From an uncultured Acidobacteriota bacterium (GTDB taxonomy: Bacteria > Acidobacteriota > Terriglobia > Terriglobales > Acidobacteriaceae): a stretch of 64,000 nt of DNA. The notes beneath the pieces are model-generated. The model was not told where the DNA came from and did not search any database. It saw only the letters and a list, made by a program, of their open reading frames with translations. Positions 49,138 to 57,272 of this stretch are shown in pieces. The translations under genes and the position numbers were made by a program. Where the stretch lies: positions 350,885 through 414,884 of the forward strand of contig CAVQTI010000014.1 in NCBI GenBank assembly GCA_963716405.1. The letters are read 5' to 3'. Position 1 is the stretch's first letter; the number at the start of each line of letters is the position of its first letter.

Positions 49138-50007
49138 ATGCGGACAAAATTACTTCTGCACAGTTCGTTATTGATAAGCGCGGTTGCTGTTCTCGTGCTT
49201 ACCTTGCCCGCGCGGGCCCAGCTTTCGACTAATCAGCTTGAGGCATGGCTAAACTCACCGGCGGCGACAAGCCACGTTGGCAATATCACTGGCAATGCCA
49301 AGGCCGCTGCCGCGCCCTATCGTAGATATTGCGTCGGTTGCCACGGCGACTTGGGCGATGGCAATGGCGAAAATGCGGTGTGGCTTGATCCAAAGCCACG
49401 CGATTTTCAGCTAGGCATATTCAAGTGCCGCTCCACACCCACCGGTACTCTGCCTACCGATGAGGACCTGTTCGACACTATTGGCCGTGGGTTGGATCGC
49501 TCGAATATGCCAATCTGGAATACTCTTACCAAGGACGAGCGTGCCGACCTGGTGGCATGGATCAAGCATTTTTCTCCCCGCTGGCAGAATGAGAAATCGG
49601 GAGCACCCATCCAGATTCCTACGGAGCCTGAAGTCACACCGGACCGCGTCAAGGCCGGCCAGGAAGTATTCGGCCGGGTCCAGTGTTGGAAGTGTCATGG
49701 AGTTCAGGGCATGGCTAACGGTCCTTCTGCGGCCACTCTTACCGATGATCTTGGCCGGCCGATTCTGCCCTACAATTTCACTGACGGATCTCGGCCGAAG
49801 TGCGGCAGTACCGATCGCGATATCTATAAGATCTTCATGACCGGGCTGGATGGTACGCCTATGCCGTCCTTTGCGGACAACCTCAAGCCAGACGAAGCCT
49901 GGGACTTGGTCTTCTACCTTCGTACTTTGCAACCCCACAACAAGTTTAATGCCAAGGAAAAACAGATCGCCAAGCAACTGGGATTGAAGCCAGTGAATCC
50001 ACAATAG
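49138..50007 (+). CDS. dihaem c-type cytochrome (periplasmic)
   Basis: 289 aa with a signal peptide and two CxxCH sites (CVGCHGDLGDGNG and CWKCHGVQGMANG), each followed by a candidate Met ligand region (SNMPIW, GTPMPSF). Confidence 0.8.
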   Translation: MRTKLLLHSSLLISAVAVLVLTLPARAQLSTNQLEAWLNSPAATSHVGNITGNAKAAAAPYRRYCVGCHGDLGDGNGENAVWLDPKPRDFQLGIFKCRSTPTGTLPTDEDLFDTIGRGLDRSNMPIWNTLTKDERADLVAWIKHFSPRWQNEKSGAPIQIPTEPEVTPDRVKAGQEVFGRVQCWKCHGVQGMANGPSAATLTDDLGRPILPYNFTDGSRPKCGSTDRDIYKIFMTGLDGTPMPSFADNLKPDEAWDLVFYLRTLQPHNKFNAKEKQIAKQLGLKPVNPQ

Positions 50008-50047
50008 TTTCGGACCAGTGGCGAAATCTATTTTTCAGGAGAAAGTG

Positions 50048-50794
50048 ATGAAGAACCAGAGGTATTCGAAGTACGTGGCAGTACTATTGGGTGTAGTACT
50101 GGTTGGTTTCGCGGCGGTCAGCCTTAACCAACACGTCAGCGCTGCCGCGGAAGGCTCGATTGCCGGCACGGTGAAACTCAACGGTCCCGCACCTCACATG
50201 AAGGGCATCGACATGTCGAAAGATCCCTATTGTGTGAAGCAGCATGAAAACAGTCCGGCGCACCTGGAGAATATTGAGGTGGGATCGGGCGGTGGAATAA
50301 AGAACGTCGTTCTGTACATCTCGGAAGGTCTCACCGGTAACGAGGCCAGCACGGCTTCAGGCACGCCGACTTTCGACCAGAAGGGTTGTATGTACATTCC
50401 GCACGTTCTGGCTATGGATGTTGGCCAGACCTTCAAGGTCATCACCAGCGATCAGACAACCCACAACATTCATCCGCTGCCCAATCCAATGACGGGGAAC
50501 ATTCCCTGGAACGAATCGCAGCCGCCGGGAGCGCCGCCTATCATGAAGAGCTGGAAGGCGCCCGAAATGATTCCCGTCAAATGCAACATTCATCCGTGGA
50601 TGCACGGATATCACGCGGTAGTAAAGGGGCCGTACGCTACTACTGATGATAGCGGGGCTTACACCATTCACGGGGTTCCTCCCGGCAGTTATACGGTCAC
50701 TGCCTGGCAGGAAGAGTTGGGCACTCAGACACAGAAAGTGACCGTGGCTGCGGGAAAACCCGGAAGCGCGGATTTCACCTTCAAGCCGAAATAG
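50048..50794 (+). CDS. cupredoxin (type-1 copper) domain protein with CarboxypepD_reg-like flanks
   Basis: ATG 50048 follows AGGAG. It has an N-terminal anchor. The type-1 Cu ligand pattern is THNIHP ... KCNIHPWMHGY (His ... Cys-x2-His-x2-Met, amicyanin-like spacing). The C-terminus, YTIHGVPPGSYTVTAWQEELG, looks like a beta-sandwich. Confidence 0.7.
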   Translation: MKNQRYSKYVAVLLGVVLVGFAAVSLNQHVSAAAEGSIAGTVKLNGPAPHMKGIDMSKDPYCVKQHENSPAHLENIEVGSGGGIKNVVLYISEGLTGNEASTASGTPTFDQKGCMYIPHVLAMDVGQTFKVITSDQTTHNIHPLPNPMTGNIPWNESQPPGAPPIMKSWKAPEMIPVKCNIHPWMHGYHAVVKGPYATTDDSGAYTIHGVPPGSYTVTAWQEELGTQTQKVTVAAGKPGSADFTFKPK

Positions 50795-50889
50795 ATAGTT
50801 GACGGGTGGCCGTCACAACATATAACGTGGCGGCCTCGCAGTCTCATTTCGTAAGCCAGATCGAAACATGCTTTGGGGGGCGAAGCGTC

Positions 50890-51693
50890 ATGGCGAAAAT
50901 CTTTGCCGTTACCGTTATCTTAATTGCAATTGCGTCCGCGATTCCCATCCTCCGGCATACTTGGGTGGCGCCCGAGGACATTTCGACTCATGGCGTGATG
51001 ATCGATGAGCAGATGTCAGAGACTATGGCAGAGGCGGGAATCGCGTTTCTGGCTGCGCAGTTCGTTCTCGCCATCTTTGTGTGGATGTTTTCCGGTCGAG
51101 GCAAAGACGCCAAGATCACCACTTTTCCCGGCGGCGCCACCGGATTGGTGGTAGCCGCTTTCCTCCTTGTGGGTACTGAGGTGCTGGCTCTCGGCATTTT
51201 CGGAGTAAAGGCTTGGGCCGACGTTTATCTCACGCCACCCTCAGCCTCAGCTATGCCCGTTCAAGTCCAGGCCGGACAGTTCGCCTTTTATTTTCGCTAC
51301 CCCGGCCCCGATGGAACATTCGGCCCGCTGCATCCCGAACTGATCAGCGAAGCCAACGAGAACTTCTTTGGGCTGGATACCACTCACGATGCGGATTCCA
51401 AAGACGACATTGTCACAGCCGAAATGGCGATCCCGGTGAACAAGGAAGTCCATCTGCTCATGCACTCGAAAGATCTCGGACATTCGTTTTTCGTGCGGGA
51501 GTTGCGAGTGCAACAGGATTTTGTTCCTGGGTTGGATGTGTCTCTTCATTTCACCGCGACCAAGGTTGGAAGATACGAAATCGTCTGCACGCAACTTTGT
51601 GGTTTGGGACATTACAACATGAAGGCATACCTCTCTGTCCTGTCCCAGGCAGACTTTGATGATTGGTTAAAGAAGCAAGCGGCACTGCAGTAG
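50890..51693 (+). CDS. coxB: cytochrome c oxidase subunit II (CuA, no fused cytochrome c domain)
   Basis: Two N-terminal TM helices and the CuA site HSFFV ... CTQLCGLGHYNM. There is no CxxCH. The start is ATG 50890, or the ORF start at 50806. Confidence 0.88.
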   Translation: MAKIFAVTVILIAIASAIPILRHTWVAPEDISTHGVMIDEQMSETMAEAGIAFLAAQFVLAIFVWMFSGRGKDAKITTFPGGATGLVVAAFLLVGTEVLALGIFGVKAWADVYLTPPSASAMPVQVQAGQFAFYFRYPGPDGTFGPLHPELISEANENFFGLDTTHDADSKDDIVTAEMAIPVNKEVHLLMHSKDLGHSFFVRELRVQQDFVPGLDVSLHFTATKVGRYEIVCTQLCGLGHYNMKAYLSVLSQADFDDWLKKQAALQ

Positions 51694-51741
51694 GATGCAT
51701 CCACTTTACTAGTGGGCAGACATCTCGTTTGAGGTGAGGCC

Positions 51742-53526
51742 ATGCACGATACATCAGCACATGCGGCACAACATCACGCCCCGACAAGCTTTATTAGCAA
51801 GCACGTCTTCAGTCTGGACCACAAGGTCATCGGGAAACAATACTACGCTCTGGCTCTGGTGGCGGTTTTTACGGGCATGGTGCTGTCATGGATAATGCGC
51901 CTTCACCTGGGATGGACCAGCCTGGCAATTCCCGGTCTCCATTTTCTTTCTAAAGCCGGGGCTCCTGGCGACGTGATGACGCCGGAGTTTTACCTGCAAC
52001 TGATGACGATGCACGGCACGATCATGGTGTTTTTCGTGCTCACCACCGCACCTTTTGCGGCCTTCGGAAACTATTTTCTACCCATCCAGGTCGGCGCGGA
52101 AGACATGCCCTTCCCCCACTTCAATATGATGTCGTTTTGGGTCACCTTCGTCTCCTTCCTGGTTCTGATGGCATCGTTCTTCGTGGGTGACGGTCCAACC
52201 TTAGGTGGATGGACCCAGTACGCGCCGCTTAGCGCCGTGGGTTCGGTCGGAGGCCCGGGCGAAGGATTGGGCACGGTTTTGTGGGCAGCTTCGATTGGAA
52301 TTTTTTGTGTGGGGCAGTTACTGGGCTCTCTGAACTTCATCACGACCACGCTCGACATGCGGACCAAGGGCATGAGCATGATGCGGCTGCCGTTAAGCGC
52401 CTGGGCATGGTTTGTGACTTCCTGCATGGGCCTCACTGCTTTCGCCGTGCTGATGCCAGCTACAATCCTGCTGATTCTGGATCACGTAGCCGGAACCAGT
52501 TTCTTCGTTCCCTCCAACCTGGTGATCAACGATCAGATACAGCCGCATTCCGGCGGATCAACTCTGCTTTGGCAGCACCTGTTCTGGTTCTTTGGACATC
52601 CCGAGGTTTACATCGCCATCGTGCCAGGAATAGGCATCGTCTCCCATATTCTCATCACTAACCTGCGCCGGCCGCTGCTCAGCCATCGCGTGATGATCTA
52701 CTGTATGGGAGCTCTTGCCGTTCTCAGTTACATGGTTTACGGGCATCACATGTTTGTCAGCGGAATGAACCCATATTCCTCCCTGGCATTCTCGTTCCCG
52801 ACGCTGGTAATCACCATCCCGGCGACGATCATGGTTCTGATCCTGCTGGGCAGCATTTGGGGCTCCCGGTTGCGCATCAATACGGCGTCACTGTTCGCTC
52901 TTGGCTTCATCTCCATGTTCGTTAGCGGCGGAGTCAGCGGCTTTTTCTTGGCCCAACCTTCAGTCGACATCATGCTGCATGCGACCTACTTCGTAGTCGG
53001 CCACTTTCACATGGTAATGGCAGTGGCGGCAATTTTCGGGATCTTCGCCGGCACCTATTTCTGGTTCCCGAAGATGACCGGGCGCATGATGAATGAGACT
53101 TTGGGCAAAATACATTTCTGGCTCAGCTTCGTGGGCACGTATTGTATCTTTATGCCATTCCACTACTTGGGCATGGCTGGCAATGTGCGCCGTTATCAGG
53201 CCTTTGTCGATGATTTCATGCAGCCCCTCATTCCGGTTCACAAGTTCATTACGATTGCTGCGATCTTGACCGGCGCATCGCAGTTCATTTTTCTCTACAA
53301 TCTGATTCACAGCCGGTTCTGGGGCAAGCCCGCGCCGGATAATCCTTGGGAGGGTACTTCGCTGGAGTGGAGCACGCCCACGACTCCTCCGCCACACAAC
53401 AATTTTGGCGATCATCTGCCCGTGGTTTACCACGATCCCTATCAGTATGGCGTGAAGAGTTCGACGGGCGATTACCTTATGCAGACTTCGCCAGACCAGG
53501 TTGCAAACGCGAAGGATGAGAAGTAG
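51742..53526 (+). CDS. ctaD: cytochrome c oxidase subunit I
   Basis: 594 aa. Haem-copper oxidase landmarks: WFFGHPEVYI, HHMF, VVGHFHMVM. Confidence 0.95.
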   Translation: MHDTSAHAAQHHAPTSFISKHVFSLDHKVIGKQYYALALVAVFTGMVLSWIMRLHLGWTSLAIPGLHFLSKAGAPGDVMTPEFYLQLMTMHGTIMVFFVLTTAPFAAFGNYFLPIQVGAEDMPFPHFNMMSFWVTFVSFLVLMASFFVGDGPTLGGWTQYAPLSAVGSVGGPGEGLGTVLWAASIGIFCVGQLLGSLNFITTTLDMRTKGMSMMRLPLSAWAWFVTSCMGLTAFAVLMPATILLILDHVAGTSFFVPSNLVINDQIQPHSGGSTLLWQHLFWFFGHPEVYIAIVPGIGIVSHILITNLRRPLLSHRVMIYCMGALAVLSYMVYGHHMFVSGMNPYSSLAFSFPTLVITIPATIMVLILLGSIWGSRLRINTASLFALGFISMFVSGGVSGFFLAQPSVDIMLHATYFVVGHFHMVMAVAAIFGIFAGTYFWFPKMTGRMMNETLGKIHFWLSFVGTYCIFMPFHYLGMAGNVRRYQAFVDDFMQPLIPVHKFITIAAILTGASQFIFLYNLIHSRFWGKPAPDNPWEGTSLEWSTPTTPPPHNNFGDHLPVVYHDPYQYGVKSSTGDYLMQTSPDQVANAKDEK

Positions 53527-53567
53527 CAGATCTGTAGAAGTGAAGATCAGAAGGGAAGTTGTGCAGT

Positions 53568-54245
53568 ATGGCAAGTACGGTTCATGAACCGCCACAAATC
53601 GACAAGCGACGTTTGCCGGATCTGAAGCAATCCGGAAACGGCGGTTGGCGGAATCTTGTGCCCGCGAACGGCGATCTGCGGGCGATAAAAGATTACTCTC
53701 CGCCAGCGTCGTCAACGGGAATTTGGGTGGTGCTGTTTGCCATCACCATGATGTTCGCCGCTTTTACCAGCGCGTTAGTGGTTCGCAAAGGTTCGTCGCT
53801 GGACTGGCGGCATTTTGCCCTCCCCTCCATTCTTTATTTCAATACGTTTCTGTTGTTGATGAGCAGTGTGACCCTTGAGGTCGCGCGCCGGCGCGTAGCC
53901 GCTTTCATGGGCGGTCTGCGCAAGGAAAATGAAAACCCAGCGCGATGGCTGTACATCACATTATTTCTGGGACTGCTTTTTGTGGCTGGCCAATACATCG
54001 CATGGCGTCAACTCAGTGCTGAGGGAGTTTTTCTCGCCACCAATCCCAGCAGTTCGTTTTTCTATGTACTCACTGCAACCCATGCGCTGCATGTACTGGG
54101 CGGCTTAGGCGGAATTATTTTTGTCATCCGCAAGCTTAACCGGTCTGCGTTGCGGCGCAACACCTTAGTTGCAGCAGCGCGCTACTGGCATTACATGGAC
54201 GTGCTTTGGATATACCTGCTGTTGCTGTTGTGGATGAATTTTTAA
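53568..54245 (+). CDS. haem-copper oxidase subunit III family protein (first of two)
   Basis: About 225 aa and polytopic. It ends RYWHYMDVLWIYLLLLLW, the typical subunit III C-terminal W-H-F-V-D-x-V-W-like motif. Confidence 0.8.
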   Translation: MASTVHEPPQIDKRRLPDLKQSGNGGWRNLVPANGDLRAIKDYSPPASSTGIWVVLFAITMMFAAFTSALVVRKGSSLDWRHFALPSILYFNTFLLLMSSVTLEVARRRVAAFMGGLRKENENPARWLYITLFLGLLFVAGQYIAWRQLSAEGVFLATNPSSSFFYVLTATHALHVLGGLGGIIFVIRKLNRSALRRNTLVAAARYWHYMDVLWIYLLLLLWMNF

Positions 54246-54270
54246 TCGTCTCGAGAAAGCAGGAGGCGCC

Positions 54271-54891
54271 GTGAGCCAAGCTGATTTGACAATGGGAGCA
54301 CACTCCGCAGGTATGGTGGCGGAACCCCCGTTTTCCATGCCTACCAAAAAGTTGGCAATGTGGTTGTTCATCATTGCCGACACCATGACATTTGCCGCAT
54401 GCCTGGTGGCTTATGGATTCCTGCGCGTTGGCACGCCCACTTGGCCGAGGCCTTTTCACAGCATCACTAACGTCGCGATCATGACCTTCATCCTGCTGAG
54501 CAGCAGTTTGACCATGATGCTCGGAGTGCAATCGGCGAAGACCGGGGATAAAGCCGGAGCCTTTCGCTGGACTATGATCACGGCGGCGCTCGGCATCGTA
54601 TTCGCTCTGCTGCACATTCGGGAATGGCTGGCGCTGATCGACGAAGGCATGACGCTGTTTAAGAATCCGTGGGGAACCGGACTGTTCGGCGCGTCATTTT
54701 TCAGCATCACCGGCTTGCACCTCACCCACGTTACCTGTGGCGTAATCGCTCTCATCGCCGTCGGCTTGCGTTACAAAGGTGGCCGTTACAACGCCGACGA
54801 TCTTGAGATTATGGGCCTCTACTGGCACTTCGTGGATCTGGTTTGGATGTTTGTGGTGCCGCTGGTATATCTGTTGAACCTTTCCCACTAG
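54271..54891 (+). CDS. ctaE: cytochrome c oxidase subunit III (second of two)
   Basis: 206 aa. GTG 54271 follows AGGAGG. Motifs: FFSITGLHLTHVTCGV and YWHFVDLVWMFVVPLVYL. Confidence 0.85.
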   Translation: MSQADLTMGAHSAGMVAEPPFSMPTKKLAMWLFIIADTMTFAACLVAYGFLRVGTPTWPRPFHSITNVAIMTFILLSSSLTMMLGVQSAKTGDKAGAFRWTMITAALGIVFALLHIREWLALIDEGMTLFKNPWGTGLFGASFFSITGLHLTHVTCGVIALIAVGLRYKGGRYNADDLEIMGLYWHFVDLVWMFVVPLVYLLNLSH

Positions 54892-54912
54892 ACGGACGAG
54901 GGAGCTGAACAT

Positions 54913-55239
54913 ATGGCAGTCACGCAACAACATAAAGAAAACGCAACCGGTAAGTACCTGATAGTTTATGTCTGCTTATTGGCTCTGGCTGGAATTCAGT
55001 TCGTGATCGCCTATCAGAATATTGATCCCGGCCAAATGTTCGTCCGCATGATGATCGTCGCCTTCGTGGAGGCACTGCTTGCGGTTCTGATTTTTATGCA
55101 TTTATGGGCAGAGAGCCGTGCCTTCGTGATTTTTGTGGCGGTGTTTACAATTTTTGTGCTGCTCGCTATGCAATATGGATGGACCGACAGTTTTCGCATG
55201 GAGCATGGCGGCGCGCCTTATTCCAATTATTCGAAGTAA
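54913..55239 (+). CDS. prokaryotic cytochrome c oxidase subunit IV family protein
   Basis: 108 aa with three hydrophobic helices, in the standard position after subunit III. Confidence 0.7.
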   Translation: MAVTQQHKENATGKYLIVYVCLLALAGIQFVIAYQNIDPGQMFVRMMIVAFVEALLAVLIFMHLWAESRAFVIFVAVFTIFVLLAMQYGWTDSFRMEHGGAPYSNYSK

Positions 55240-55267
55240 CGGTTATTCGAAGTAGCAAAGAGGAAAA

Positions 55268-55543
55268 ATGAAGTTAGCTAAGCCGCTCCCGTTGCTTGCC
55301 ATTGCGCTGCTGGGACTGACGTTGCTGGCGTTTCCTGTCCCGGTGTTCGCCCAGGGTTGCGCGCTCTGCTATACTCAGGCCGCTTCCGCGGGCGCTCGCA
55401 TGATTCAGGCTTTGCGCAGTGGAATTTTGATTCTGATTATTCCTCCCACACTCATGTCCGTTGGTATGATTTTTATTGTTCGGCAGAAACGCAGTCAGTT
55501 TAAGCGGAGCGAAGCCGCAGACGATTCTGGTCAAGACTGGTAA
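55268..55543 (+). CDS. small exported/membrane protein with CxxC motif
   Basis: 91 aa. A signal peptide ending VFAQG is followed by CALCY, one TM helix (ILILIIPPTLMSVGMIFIV) and a charged tail. It has an SD-like AGAGGA and a 2-nt gap to ctaB. Confidence 0.55.
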   Translation: MKLAKPLPLLAIALLGLTLLAFPVPVFAQGCALCYTQAASAGARMIQALRSGILILIIPPTLMSVGMIFIVRQKRSQFKRSEAADDSGQDW

Positions 55544-55544
55544 A

Positions 55545-56438
55545 ATGGCCACCACTACTTTAATGGCAAACTCTCCGCAGACTCTTACCGCCAAGCTTCG
55601 GGATTACTACACTCTCACCAAGCCAGAAGTGAACCTGCTTATTCTGATGACCACGTCGGCGGGCTATTATCTCGCCTCCCGCGGGCCGTTCAAGATTGCA
55701 GGCTTGGTCAATACGTTGGTGGGCACGCTTCTGGTTGCCAGCGGAACTGCAACCCTGAATCAATGGATGGAACGGGTGTTCGACGGCCAGATGCGTCGCA
55801 CCGCGAACCGGCCTTTGCCTTCAGGACGTCTCAGCACGCACGAAGCGCTTCTGTTCGGCATTTTGTTGAGCGTGGCCGGCGGAGTTTATCTTGCGATTAC
55901 AGTAAATCTGTTATCGGCATTCTTGGCAGTCTCGACGTTGCTCTCGTATCTGCTGATCTATACGCCGTTGAAGCGGAAAACCCCGCTGTGCACGCTGCTG
56001 GGTGCATTCCCTGGTGCGATGCCGACTTTAATCGGATGGGCCGGCGCCTCCAATGGCATTAACATGCATGCGTGGTATCTTTTTTCGATTCTCTTCCTGT
56101 GGCAATTTCCACACTTCCTCGCCATCGCTTTGATGTACCGCGACGATTACGCGCGTGCCGGCTATCGTATGCTGCCCGACTTCGATCTTGACTCCCGTTT
56201 CACGCGCGCCGAGATCGTCGGCTTCACTCTCGTCCTAATCGTCACCACCATGCTGCCTCTCGTCGGACGCGGCGGTCCAGTCTATGTTGTTGGCATGCTG
56301 CTGGCGGGAATCTTCATGTTGTATCACGTTGCCAAGCTGGCGCAATCTACCTCGAAAGCCTTGGCTAGCCGCGTGGTTCACGCCTCGGTTATTTATCTTC
56401 CAATTGTCCTTCTGATAATGGTTACCCACAAAGGCTGA
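55545..56438 (+). CDS. ctaB: protohaem IX farnesyltransferase (haem O synthase)
   Basis: From ATG 55545. UbiA-family motifs: NQWMERVFDGQMRRTANRPLPSGR and YRDDYARAG. Confidence 0.9.
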   Translation: MATTTLMANSPQTLTAKLRDYYTLTKPEVNLLILMTTSAGYYLASRGPFKIAGLVNTLVGTLLVASGTATLNQWMERVFDGQMRRTANRPLPSGRLSTHEALLFGILLSVAGGVYLAITVNLLSAFLAVSTLLSYLLIYTPLKRKTPLCTLLGAFPGAMPTLIGWAGASNGINMHAWYLFSILFLWQFPHFLAIALMYRDDYARAGYRMLPDFDLDSRFTRAEIVGFTLVLIVTTMLPLVGRGGPVYVVGMLLAGIFMLYHVAKLAQSTSKALASRVVHASVIYLPIVLLIMVTHKG

Positions 56439-56457
56439 GAGATTTCAGTTCACTATT

Positions 56458-57090
56458 GTGCTTTTGCGCGCGGATACAATGGCGGGCATGCGCATTCCTT
56501 TGTGGCTGAAGATTGCTTGGAGTGTGTGGCTGCTGGTGTGGATTCCGTTTTACTGGCATCAGTACGGAGCGCAGAACTTTTTATACTTTTGCGATCTGGG
56601 AAACTTTTTTATTGCGGCGGCGCTATGGCTGGAAAGCCCGCTGCTGTTTTCATGGCAGGCGTGCGGCCTGCTGCTTTTTCAAACGCTCTACAGCATTGAT
56701 CTGTTCGGAGCAGTGTTAAGCGGTAAGCATATTATCGGCGGCACGGAATACATGTTTGATCCTCATGTGCCGCTGCCGGTGCGGTTGCTAAGCTTGTTTC
56801 ACATCGTAGTGCCGCCGCTGCTGCTTTGGGCGATCTGGCGGTTGGGCTACGATCCACGAGGCTGGAAGTATCAGACGCTGACCGCTTGGATTGTGGTTCC
56901 CATGAATTATTTCTGGCGTCCGCAATTCGATGTCAACTGGGCGCGAGGACTTTTTTTTCGTCAACAGCACCTGGTACCGGGAATTATGTATTTATTGTTT
57001 TATCTGATCGCCGTGCCGTTGCTGGTGTATTGGCCGACGCATCTGTTTTTGCAATGGTGGGCCCGGCGGCGGCCTTACTCTAACCGCTAG
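56458..57090 (+). CDS. hypothetical polytopic membrane protein
   Basis: 210 aa with about 5-6 hydrophobic helices and several Trp/His-rich loops. No family recognised. It is the last gene of the oxidase operon. Confidence 0.5.
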   Translation: MLLRADTMAGMRIPLWLKIAWSVWLLVWIPFYWHQYGAQNFLYFCDLGNFFIAAALWLESPLLFSWQACGLLLFQTLYSIDLFGAVLSGKHIIGGTEYMFDPHVPLPVRLLSLFHIVVPPLLLWAIWRLGYDPRGWKYQTLTAWIVVPMNYFWRPQFDVNWARGLFFRQQHLVPGIMYLLFYLIAVPLLVYWPTHLFLQWWARRRPYSNR

Positions 57091-57232
57091 GTCATCCCGA
57101 AAGCCGGCGCACTTCAGCCGGCTGAGGGATCTCGCGAGGGGTAGCGCAGTGCGTCATGGCAGGGAATTGCGTTCAGTTACTGCACGCGGGATTCCTCACC
57201 CCGCTGGAGGAAACGCGGGGTTTCGGGATGAC
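57091..57232. repeat. Family C-variant MITE-like element, both arms (GTCATCCCGAAA ... TTTCGGGATGAC)
   Basis: The 12-bp termini are exact reverse complements. Internal hairpins are GCCGGC-gcacttca-GCCGGC and CCCCGC-tggaggaaa-GCGGGG. It lies between convergent genes. Confidence 0.75.
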
Positions 57233-57272
57233 AAACAGCGTCGGAGGACGGGCGAGAGATGCCGGTCCTTCA

